Shown piece after piece: positions 9,708-18,669 of a stretch of 64,000 nt of DNA. How positions within the stretch are numbered: the stretch's first letter is position 1; every line of letters begins with the position of its first letter. A program made the position numbers and the translations under genes. A model generated the notes under the pieces. That model searched no databases. It had not been told where the DNA came from and saw only the letters and a program-made list of their open reading frames with translations. Origin of the DNA: Bacteroidia bacterium (GTDB taxonomy: Bacteria > Bacteroidota > Bacteroidia > Flavobacteriales_D > JAUILH01). The stretch lies in the NCBI GenBank assembly GCA_030433115.1, contig JAUILH010000002.1, positions 4,744 through 68,743 of the forward strand, given 5' to 3'.

Positions 9708-10502
9708 TCATCCTTCCGATAAATCATCCCACAATTCCTTGAATTCTTTGTTGTAGGTAATCTGAAGAACATCCTGTTTCTTGTAAAACAATGGCTTGCC
9801 TGCTTCCATAATCTCCCTGGCTTCTTCCAGCCTGTTTTGAGATATGTAAAACTTAGAGGTATGAATGACCGCATATCTCAACAAGTATTGGGACTTGCTG
9901 GATTCTTCAGCCAATTGCTTAACGGTCATATCTGTCATTAACTCTTGTGCTTTTTTGGTGTATTCCTGTCCCATTTTTCTGTTTCTGGTCTGGATTTCCA
10001 GTGTTCCCCGCAACAACCAGGCACCAGCATCATCAGGATCAAATCCTGTGATTTTCTTCATTCCATAGAGCGCTTTTCGGTAGTATTTTTCACCTTCTCG
10101 ACCAAGATGACTGGCTTCTGCGATATAGTTCTCCGCTTCCTCTATCGCTACAGCCTTTAATTCGCTCCAGTATGTCGCATAATCCTCAAAATGAACGCCG
10201 GTTTTATCTTTCTTGCGGTACTTCACAGCATAAGTCAAGGCTCGTTTATAAGCTCTTGGATAAGTTTCCTTGTAACGACCATCTCTCGACATCTCAAAAT
10301 AAGCCATAGATGCATATATGTATGGCAAAGGTTCTTTTTTGGTCTCCGGCTTATCTATATATTTCAAAGACTTCTTGAGGCACTTCTCATAATCCTCATC
10401 TGCATAAAGGATCACCAATTCTGTGAACTCAGGATCATGGTCAGACCAAGCATTAAACGGTTGAATTAGGAATAAAATGGAAACAAGGACTATTTGTCTC
10501 AT
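9708..10502 (-). CDS. Exported helical (TPR-like) protein of unknown function
   Basis: The ORF is 9708-10550. I prefer the start at Met17 (ATG complement 10500-10502), which gives the signal peptide MRQIVLVSILFLIQPFNAWS. The rest of the protein is helical-repeat-like. Confidence 0.55.
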   Translation of the reverse strand: MRQIVLVSILFLIQPFNAWSDHDPEFTELVILYADEDYEKCLKKSLKYIDKPETKKEPLPYIYASMAYFEMSRDGRYKETYPRAYKRALTYAVKYRKKDKTGVHFEDYATYWSELKAVAIEEAENYIAEASHLGREGEKYYRKALYGMKKITGFDPDDAGAWLLRGTLEIQTRNRKMGQEYTKKAQELMTDMTVKQLAEESSKSQYLLRYAVIHTSKFYISQNRLEEAREIMEAGKPLFYKKQDVLQITYNKEFKELWDDLSEG

Positions 10503-10708
10503 ACTGCTTATTTGATTTAATATAATTTGATTTGAGTGAGTCTCTCTCACTGCTAAAAGGTCCTGAAGAATCGATCAGATTCATGATAATTGAACTAAAT
10601 ATAGATATACAAAAAAATGATGGAAATATCAAGTTTTCCTGCCCTTATCTTCGCGAACAAATGCTTTTTCACTGCACATAAAAGATATAATTGCCTAGTT
10701 TAGTTTCC

Positions 10709-11401
10709 ATGAAAAACATCTTACTTCTTCATGGTGCATTAGGTTCAAAAAAGCAACTTTTCGGACTCGAATCGATCTTGAATTCAAACTTCAATTGTGT
10801 CACACTCAACTTTGAAGGACATGGCGACCATGCCAGTGAAAAAGCGTTTTCCATTGATCTGTTCACGCAGAATGTGATTAACTTCTTGCAAGAGAATCAG
10901 ATCGAAAACACCCATATTTTTGGATACAGCATGGGAGGGTATGTCGCATTAAATCTTGCCATTAAAAAACCAGAACTGGTGGGCAAAATCATGACTTATG
11001 GTACCAAATTCGATTGGACACCCGAGTCGGCAGAAAAAGAGGTTAAAATGCTGAATCCGGAAAAAATTGAAGAAAAGGTACCCGCTTTTGCACACAAACT
11101 TCAATCGACACACACCGCCAATGATTGGAAAGATGTGATGAACAAAACAGCTCAAATGATGCTTGAATTGGGTAATGGAGCAAGACTTGAAATAGATGAT
11201 TTTTCTCGAATTCAACAAAATGTACTGATCTCAATCGGAACCAAAGATCACATGGTAAGTATTGAAGAATCTAAAATAGCAGCAAATTCATTGCCCAACG
11301 GAAAACTCTTCAAGTTTGAAAGTGAACCGCATATGATTGAACAGCTTGATGCAGATCAGTTAAGTGTTACTTTAATCGATTTCCTGGGTATACACTCATG
11401 A
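10709..11401 (+). CDS. Alpha/beta-fold hydrolase
   Basis: LLLHGALGS forms the oxyanion region, GYSMGG is the GxSxG nucleophile elbow, and a C-terminal His is present (EPHMIEQ). The ATG at 10709 is preferred over the upstream TTG used in the ORF track. Confidence 0.85.
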   Translation: MKNILLLHGALGSKKQLFGLESILNSNFNCVTLNFEGHGDHASEKAFSIDLFTQNVINFLQENQIENTHIFGYSMGGYVALNLAIKKPELVGKIMTYGTKFDWTPESAEKEVKMLNPEKIEEKVPAFAHKLQSTHTANDWKDVMNKTAQMMLELGNGARLEIDDFSRIQQNVLISIGTKDHMVSIEESKIAANSLPNGKLFKFESEPHMIEQLDADQLSVTLIDFLGIHS

Positions 11402-12015
11402 ATTCTTCAAAACTGATTCTAACATTTGGGAGCTTAGTACTTGCCTTAGTTCTTTTAATGGGGACAAGCATTGGACCGGAACCCAATTCTAAAACGTCAA
11501 CTTCACAAAACATTTTGGAACAACAGCAATATGACTTCCCAAATTATCTTGACCAACGAATCTTAGGTCTGTGGAAAGCTGACTCATCAAGGACTACAAG
11601 CCCATTTGAGGAAGAAAATCACTTTTTCACCTTCCCTCTGGATACATCATTTGCTGAATTCCGTTCAACTGAAATGCAATATGCACATGAAGTCATAATG
11701 TTCTACAATAGAGATTCCATTGGTCGCTATTCAATTGAATCTAGAACAAAAATCATGTCGCTAGATTCCGCAAGTGTCGAGCCATGTGCTAGCGGCATCT
11801 CAAAAATTACGGTTAAAAATCATCAGATATCTATCAACTCACAATTCAGGGGCGGTACATTTGAATTGAAAGATGAGGTTCTGATATTAAGAAACAGACC
11901 CGGAGGTTTTACGCTCATCGATTCAATTTACACTTATTACAGCAAAATAGCCCCCAGGTCATACACATTAAAACTGGTATCAAGCTTTCCTACCATCAGA
12001 GATTGTCGACTCTAA
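11398..12015 (+). CDS. Hypothetical exported protein
   Basis: The 205-aa ORF has a hydrophobic N-terminus (LILTFGSLVLALVLLMG). Its start overlaps the hydrolase stop (ATGA at 11398-11401). I recognise no family. Confidence 0.5.
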   Translation: MNSSKLILTFGSLVLALVLLMGTSIGPEPNSKTSTSQNILEQQQYDFPNYLDQRILGLWKADSSRTTSPFEEENHFFTFPLDTSFAEFRSTEMQYAHEVIMFYNRDSIGRYSIESRTKIMSLDSASVEPCASGISKITVKNHQISINSQFRGGTFELKDEVLILRNRPGGFTLIDSIYTYYSKIAPRSYTLKLVSSFPTIRDCRL

Positions 12016-12017
12016 AT

Positions 12018-12962
12018 TTAGTCCATCAAAATAGTCGTAAAATAGCCATTCTCCTGAAATTCTTGTTTCACTTTATTGGCATATTTTTTTGACAAAAAAG
12101 GTGCAGTCACATACCCTTCGCCTCCTTCCACCTTTTGTCGGGTTAAACTATTAAAAGTTGTGCTCAAGTAATGATCTTGTTCAACCCTTTGAGGCACTAT
12201 AACCACTCTGTATTCCTGATATCCACTCCTTTGTGGCCCATTTCTATCAATCAAATAATCAAACTCATGGATGATGATCTCTTCTTGAGCACTCATCTCT
12301 CCATCAACGGTAATCAACTCGCGAACCGTATTTGCCAGGTACTTCAGCTCACCGGACTCCGGATTGGTTTTTAAATAATCATCCAAATCTTCCCACAAGA
12401 CAAAAAACGGACTGATACTCGCCTTTTTATGTCGGGCTTTGATAGCGCCCCAGATGACCTTTGTGTGCCATTTTGCAGCTAATTTGTCAATAAAATCCTT
12501 TTCAGTTTTGTCCAACTTACCATCAATCATGGCTATGGCTCCCAAAATATCTATTACCTTCTCTTGAGAATGTGGCTTAAAAATAGCTTTGGCCAAGTAC
12601 CCCATCTCAGAACGCTCCTTTCGAATGGATCGGGAAATCAGTTTTGAAAAACGCATCTTCTTATTGCCAGACACCCAAATCCCCACACCAATCAACAATT
12701 GAACAATGCCCGCAAACAGCCACAAAACACCGTCGATCACTCCCTGGTACTGACCATTCAGCGCATAATGCAATGTAAAAATTGACAATGGAATCAAACC
12801 TATAATCCTACTGGACACAGAGATACTTTCTGACACTTCCTTGATGTGCTTTCTAGACCATAGTTTGTTCAACATGAGATAAATCTCCACCACCGAAAAC
12901 AAGAGGGCTCCATAAGCCAACATGTTGACAATATCTCCGATTACCAAAAAGTGAAAACTCAT
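12018..12962 (-). CDS. Membrane protein with 3-4 N-terminal TM helices and a TerB-like (tellurite-resistance/DjlA-N-like) cytoplasmic domain
   Basis: VIDILGAIAMIDGKLDKTEKDFIDKL and ELITVDGEMSAQEEIIIHEF resemble the paired TerB helices. I prefer the start at Met43 (12962), which leaves about 130 bp for the promoters it shares divergently with the A2M gene. Confidence 0.55.
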   Translation of the reverse strand: MSFHFLVIGDIVNMLAYGALLFSVVEIYLMLNKLWSRKHIKEVSESISVSSRIIGLIPLSIFTLHYALNGQYQGVIDGVLWLFAGIVQLLIGVGIWVSGNKKMRFSKLISRSIRKERSEMGYLAKAIFKPHSQEKVIDILGAIAMIDGKLDKTEKDFIDKLAAKWHTKVIWGAIKARHKKASISPFFVLWEDLDDYLKTNPESGELKYLANTVRELITVDGEMSAQEEIIIHEFDYLIDRNGPQRSGYQEYRVVIVPQRVEQDHYLSTTFNSLTRQKVEGGEGYVTAPFLSKKYANKVKQEFQENGYFTTILMD

Positions 12963-13094
12963 TGAATGGCAAGTTACATTTTTATCCCGACTCGAATAAT
13001 TATTGGACAATCGCACATAATAATCAGCAATACCTTTTATAAATAGGAAGCGGTAAAATTGAGTATCCAAATAATTTAAACCGCACAAAACGCC

Positions 13095-16000
13095 ATGAAA
13101 AAGACCCTCTTAATAGCACTCATGAGTCTACCTCTGCTCATCTTAATCCCAAAAAAATGTTCCAAAGATCAAATAGAAGAAACAGTCGAAAAGGTGACTG
13201 TCAATCCAGAGTTTGCCACCTACATTAGGGCCTATACCTCCGGAATCATTTCAAAGAAATCGAGCATACGGATTGAGTTGATTGAAGATTTCGAGAACTA
13301 TGAGGACATGCCATTGAGTTCGGATATTTTTAAACTGACGCCATCCACTCCGGGAAAAGCTGTTTGGGTAGATGAAAACACAGTGGAATTCATTCCCAAC
13401 GGCGAACTGAAGTCTGGGCAAGAATACAAATTAGACTTTCATTTAGGTACTCTATTGGATGTGGAGCCGGAATACAACACCTTTTCTTACAACTTCTCAA
13501 CCAAATCTCAGTTTCTGAATGTCAAAACTCAGAGTCTGAAAGCCGAAAAGAAGACACAATTGGAAAAACAGAGTTTAAGTGGTACGGTTTATACCAATGA
13601 TGTGGCCGATGAAGAAGATCTTGAAAGTACACTTGAAGCGGTTCAAAACGGAAAATCATTAGACATTGAATGGACACATGTATCAGACACCAAACACACC
13701 TACCTTGTAAAAAACATTGTGCGGTCAGAAGACCCATCACAAGTAACCGTTAAGTGGAATGGTGCCGCTATAAAAACCAGCAGTATGGGCAGTGAGGTTG
13801 TGGAGGTTCCGGCACTTGGAGACTTCAAAATCCTGGACATAGAAGTCATTCAGGAACCAGAGCAATATGTCAAAATTGAGTTCTCAGACCCACTTCAAGA
13901 CCTCCAAAATTTGAATGGAATCATCAAGATTGAGGACATGACGAACCTCAACTACAATATCGAAGATCAGGAAATTCATGTGTATCTGCCTCATAGATTA
14001 TCCGGAACCAGAGCCGTTACAATTAATCCTGGAATCAAAAATATTAATGGATACAAAATGATTAATAGTGATGAAGTAGATTTGGTGTTTGAAGGCATCA
14101 AACCAGATCTTCGTTTAGTGGAGAACGGTGTGATTGTTCCTAGCAGTAAAGAGGGCATCATGTTCCCATTTGAAGCAGTTAACCTCCGGGCTGTTGACGT
14201 TTTTATCACCAAAATTTACGAGAGCAATATTCTTCAATTCCTTCAAATCAACCAGATTTATGAAAATGATGAAATGAAGCGCGTCTCCAAGGAAGTACTT
14301 AGACAAACCATCCGTATAGACAAACCTGGCACCAATCTGCACGAATGGAATAGATACACATTGGATTTGAGTAAGCTCATTGCCATCGATCCGGGAGCCA
14401 TTTACCAGGTAGAAATTCGTTGTAAAAAAGAATTCAGCACCTACGGATGCGGTGAAGAAGCTGTTGAACTAGAAACTTTCTCCAAAACTGAAGAAAAATC
14501 GTGGAGCGAAAAAGAATGGGTTTCCTGGGATTACTGGTATGACAATGATTATTGGTACGGAGAAGATTACAGTCATAGAGAAAGAGACAACCCTTGCAAT
14601 AGCGCTTATTACTACGACAGAGCCATCAAGAGCAATGTGTTGGCGTCCAATATTGGAATGATCGCAAAAGCCGGTAGCGACAAAGAATTACACTTATTCG
14701 TCAACGATTTGAGAACCACCAATCCAGTATCTGGTGCTACGGTGGAGTTTTACAGTTACCAACAGCAATTACTCGGAAAAACCTACACCAACTCAAAAGG
14801 AATGGCGGCGCTTAAACTGGAAGAAAAACCCTTTGTAGTCATTGCTAAAAAAGGAAACGAAAGGAGCTACATCAAATTAAGAGATGGCGAATCATTGTCC
14901 CTAAGTAAGTTTGATGTCTCAGGTGCCACCATCCAGGAAGAAATCAAAGGTTTTATGTATGCCGAAAGAGGTGTATGGAGACCCGGTGACTCCTTATTCA
15001 TCGCTTTTATGATGGAAGACAAGAACAAAGTATTGCCCAAAGGACATCCGGTGAGTTTCACTCTCGAAGACCCTAAAGGCAATACAGTCTACAAAACAGC
15101 GACATCCAGGAATTTGAACGGTTTATACGACTTCAGAACCAGCACAGATGTGGAAGCACCTACCGGAAACTATCTGGCAACTGTTAAAGTTGGAAATAGG
15201 GAATTCACTAAAACGCTTAAGGTGGAAACAGTGAAGCCCAACAGACTAAAAGTTTATCTCGATTTTGAAAGTGATCTACTGTCAAACGGGAATAGAGACG
15301 CCATTGGCATGTTGAGTGTGAAGTGGCTGCATGGTGCCATTGCCAAAAACCTAAAATCCAGAGTTAACATGAGTTTAAGTGCTGGTGCCACACGTTTCGA
15401 CCAATTCAAAGGCTATATTTTTGACGATCCTTTGAAAAGCTTTAACGGTGAAGAACACACTGTTTTTGATGATGCCGTGGACAACGAAGGGCATGCCGAA
15501 TTTAAGCTGAACATGAAAGTTAAAAACTCAGCGCCAGGTATGTTGAAAGCGCACTTTATCACCAAGGTATTTGAAAAAGGCGGTGGTTTTTCTATCGACA
15601 GACATTCTATGCCTTACTCTCCTTACAAAAACTATGTAGGTTTAAAGGTGCCGGAAGGCTCCATGGAATACGGTACACTTGAAACAGACAAGGACATCAT
15701 GATAGACATAGCCCATGTCTCAGAAACAGGTGATCCGATAAAGTCTTCTGAAGTAGAAGTTAAAGTTTACAAACTCGAATGGAGATGGTGGTGGGACAGC
15801 TACGACAACGATCTGGCTAGCTATATCTCAAAATATACTACCACTCCTATTGAGAACAAAATGGTGAGCATTAATCAAGGCAAAGGTCAGTTTAAACTGA
15901 GAGTTAACAGACCGGAATGGGGCCGCTTTTTTGTCCAGGTAATCGACAAAAAATCAGGGCACTCTACCGGGAAAATTGTATACATAGACTGGCCTTATTG

Positions 16001-18668
16001 GGCACGCTCAGAGAGAACCACTATCGAGAATGCAACCATGCTAAGTTTTAGCACAGACAAAGAAGTGTATCAGGTGGGAGAAAAAGTGAAGGTATCCTTC
16101 CCATCCAGTTCAAAAGGTCGAGCCATTATCACACTTGAATCTGGCACCAAAGTGGTCAAAAAATATGAAACGGCCACCGAAAAAGGCGAAACCCGATTTG
16201 AATTTACCACGGAAGCCTCAATGGCACCTAATGTCTACGTTCATGTGACTTTGTTACAACCACATAACATCACTGAGAACGATCTACCCATCCGAATGTA
16301 TGGTGTCGCACCAATCATTGTTGAGAATCCTGGATCACACCTCAAGCCTGTGATTTCCTGCAGCGACGAATTCAAACCAGAAAGCACAACCAGCATTAAA
16401 ATCAAAGAAGAAAATGGAAAACCTATGACTTATACATTGGCTGTTGTTGATGATGGACTTCTGGATTTGACCAGTTTCAGAACACCTCAACCCTGGGATC
16501 ATTTTTATGCCAGAGAAGCACTTGGTGTACGGTCATGGGATATGTACGATGATGTAATGGGAGCGTTTGCTTTCGATATGAATCGTATTCTTGCTGTTGG
16601 AGGAGATGGTTCTGGCAGATTAAAAAAACCTAACAAAGCCAATAGATTCAAACCCATGGTAAGGTACATTGGTCCATTTCATTTACCAGCCGGATCAAGC
16701 AAAACTCACAAAATAGACATTCCAAACTACGTAGGCTCAGTGCGTGTAATGGTAGTTGCAGGCGAAAAAGGCAGATATGGTAATGCGGAGAAAACTGTTC
16801 CAGTGAAGAGTCCATTGATGGTGCTCGGCACTTTACCAAGAGTCTTGAGTCCAACTGAAGCGGTATACCTTCCTGTGAATGTATTTGCCATGGAAGATGA
16901 AGTTAAGACAGTTGATGTAAGCATCAAGGTAAATGACAAGCTTCAAATTTTGGGTCAAGGCCAAAAGCAAATACGCTTCAACAAAACTGGCGATGAAGTC
17001 GTGAATTTTGCCCTGGAAGTGGCCAAAGAGATCGGCATTGCCAAAGTAGAAATTACTGCCAAAAGCGGTCGACACATTGCACATCACAATATCGAGTTGG
17101 ACGTAAGGTCTCCTAACCCCGTTGTGGCAGACGTGCACGAAACTGTCATAGAAGCAGGAGCCAATTGGGAAGTAAATGTGGCGCATACCGGCATCAAAGG
17201 AACCAATGAAGCGTATATTGAATTGTCAGCAATCCCTTCTATCAACTTGCAGAAACGATTGAGGTACCTCATTCAATATCCACATGGTTGTATTGAGCAA
17301 ACCACTTCCTCAGTATTCCCACAATTGGCATTACACAAGATCACTAAACTAGATCAGGATTTTAGAACGCGTATAGATGAAAACATTGCGGCTGCCATTA
17401 GTCGACTGCGTTTATTCCAAACCAGTGATGGTGGATTTGGATACTGGCCGGGAGACGGTAGCAGCAACTCCTGGGGGACAAGCTATGCGGGACATTTCAT
17501 GATAGAGGCGTCCTTACATGGACATAAAGTGCCGAAAAGCATGAAAAAAGCATGGATTAAGTACCAGAAGAATGCTGCCAGAGATTATAAACCCATAAGA
17601 TTAAATACAGGGATCTACCGAAACAATAATTTAGATCAGGCGTACCGATTGTATACATTGGCATTGGCACAGTCCCCTGAACTAGGCGCCATGAATAGAT
17701 TGCGTGAAACACCTGGTTTAGACGACCAAACGAAATGGCGATTGGCTGCTGCCTATTCCTTGATTGGTCAGCCAGAAGCTGCACAACTCCTTGTGAGAAA
17801 TGCCAGTTCAAATGTTGATCCTTACAAAGAACTGTCCAACACTTTTGGTTCCAGCATTAGAGATGAAGCCATGATTTTGGAAACAATGGTTCTCATGGGC
17901 AAAAAAACTGATGCGGCTGTGCTTGCAAAGAAAATTGCCAAAAAGCTGAATCAGGATGAGTGGATGAGCACTCAGACAACGGCCTACAGTTTACTGGCAA
18001 TGAGTAAATTCGCCGGCACAAATGGTTCAGACAAGACCATGCGTTTCAATTACAGTCTGGATGGTAAATTACTCGACACCAAAGCCACTCAGGAAATCAT
18101 TTTTTCCAAGAAACTGGACAAAGAAGGTAAACTGAGTATTGAAAACACCGGAAAAGGCATCTTGTACGCCAAGGTCATAGTTGAGAGTGTGCCAGTTATT
18201 GGAGACCAAACCGAAAGCTCTAATCACGTGGCGCTCAATATCAAATACCTCTCTATGAAGGGAGAAGAAATCGACCCCAGACGCATTGAGCAAGGAACCG
18301 ATTTCATGGCTAAGGTCACCATCAAAAATGACGGCACCCGCGGCAACATTCCGGAGATGACTTTGAATCAACTCTTTCCTTCAGGATGGGAAATTCACAA
18401 TTCCAGAATGGATAACACCGGGCATTTAAGCAACAACAGCACATATGATTATCAAGATGTTCGAGACGATCGGGTGTACACCTATTTTGATTTGGCATCC
18501 AATCATTCTCACACCTATACCGTGCGATTGAATGCAACCTATTTGGGACGTTTTTACTTACCAACTGTTGAAACAGAAGCCATGTACGACAACACAATTA
18601 ATGCGAGAACACCTGGTTTCTGGACAGAAGTGGTTAAATCCAATAAACTTGTGAGTAGTCAACCTTAG
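13095..18668 (+). CDS. Bacterial alpha-2-macroglobulin family protein (YfhM-type, thioester-containing)
   Basis: The protein is 1857 aa. The thioester motif GCIEQ within YPHGCIEQTTSSVFPQ has its CIEQ codons at 17289-17300. The N-terminus (MKKTLLIALMSLPLLILIPKKC) looks like a lipoprotein signal. pbpC follows immediately. Confidence 0.93.
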   Translation: MKKTLLIALMSLPLLILIPKKCSKDQIEETVEKVTVNPEFATYIRAYTSGIISKKSSIRIELIEDFENYEDMPLSSDIFKLTPSTPGKAVWVDENTVEFIPNGELKSGQEYKLDFHLGTLLDVEPEYNTFSYNFSTKSQFLNVKTQSLKAEKKTQLEKQSLSGTVYTNDVADEEDLESTLEAVQNGKSLDIEWTHVSDTKHTYLVKNIVRSEDPSQVTVKWNGAAIKTSSMGSEVVEVPALGDFKILDIEVIQEPEQYVKIEFSDPLQDLQNLNGIIKIEDMTNLNYNIEDQEIHVYLPHRLSGTRAVTINPGIKNINGYKMINSDEVDLVFEGIKPDLRLVENGVIVPSSKEGIMFPFEAVNLRAVDVFITKIYESNILQFLQINQIYENDEMKRVSKEVLRQTIRIDKPGTNLHEWNRYTLDLSKLIAIDPGAIYQVEIRCKKEFSTYGCGEEAVELETFSKTEEKSWSEKEWVSWDYWYDNDYWYGEDYSHRERDNPCNSAYYYDRAIKSNVLASNIGMIAKAGSDKELHLFVNDLRTTNPVSGATVEFYSYQQQLLGKTYTNSKGMAALKLEEKPFVVIAKKGNERSYIKLRDGESLSLSKFDVSGATIQEEIKGFMYAERGVWRPGDSLFIAFMMEDKNKVLPKGHPVSFTLEDPKGNTVYKTATSRNLNGLYDFRTSTDVEAPTGNYLATVKVGNREFTKTLKVETVKPNRLKVYLDFESDLLSNGNRDAIGMLSVKWLHGAIAKNLKSRVNMSLSAGATRFDQFKGYIFDDPLKSFNGEEHTVFDDAVDNEGHAEFKLNMKVKNSAPGMLKAHFITKVFEKGGGFSIDRHSMPYSPYKNYVGLKVPEGSMEYGTLETDKDIMIDIAHVSETGDPIKSSEVEVKVYKLEWRWWWDSYDNDLASYISKYTTTPIENKMVSINQGKGQFKLRVNRPEWGRFFVQVIDKKSGHSTGKIVYIDWPYWARSERTTIENATMLSFSTDKEVYQVGEKVKVSFPSSSKGRAIITLESGTKVVKKYETATEKGETRFEFTTEASMAPNVYVHVTLLQPHNITENDLPIRMYGVAPIIVENPGSHLKPVISCSDEFKPESTTSIKIKEENGKPMTYTLAVVDDGLLDLTSFRTPQPWDHFYAREALGVRSWDMYDDVMGAFAFDMNRILAVGGDGSGRLKKPNKANRFKPMVRYIGPFHLPAGSSKTHKIDIPNYVGSVRVMVVAGEKGRYGNAEKTVPVKSPLMVLGTLPRVLSPTEAVYLPVNVFAMEDEVKTVDVSIKVNDKLQILGQGQKQIRFNKTGDEVVNFALEVAKEIGIAKVEITAKSGRHIAHHNIELDVRSPNPVVADVHETVIEAGANWEVNVAHTGIKGTNEAYIELSAIPSINLQKRLRYLIQYPHGCIEQTTSSVFPQLALHKITKLDQDFRTRIDENIAAAISRLRLFQTSDGGFGYWPGDGSSNSWGTSYAGHFMIEASLHGHKVPKSMKKAWIKYQKNAARDYKPIRLNTGIYRNNNLDQAYRLYTLALAQSPELGAMNRLRETPGLDDQTKWRLAAAYSLIGQPEAAQLLVRNASSNVDPYKELSNTFGSSIRDEAMILETMVLMGKKTDAAVLAKKIAKKLNQDEWMSTQTTAYSLLAMSKFAGTNGSDKTMRFNYSLDGKLLDTKATQEIIFSKKLDKEGKLSIENTGKGILYAKVIVESVPVIGDQTESSNHVALNIKYLSMKGEEIDPRRIEQGTDFMAKVTIKNDGTRGNIPEMTLNQLFPSGWEIHNSRMDNTGHLSNNSTYDYQDVRDDRVYTYFDLASNHSHTYTVRLNATYLGRFYLPTVETEAMYDNTINARTPGFWTEVVKSNKLVSSQP

Positions 18669-18669
18669 C

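Noticed and set aside
12963-13088. N-terminal 42-codon extension of the TerB-like ORF
   Set aside because: It would leave only 6 bp between divergent genes, and the extension is not hydrophobic. The internal Met gives a sensible TM start.
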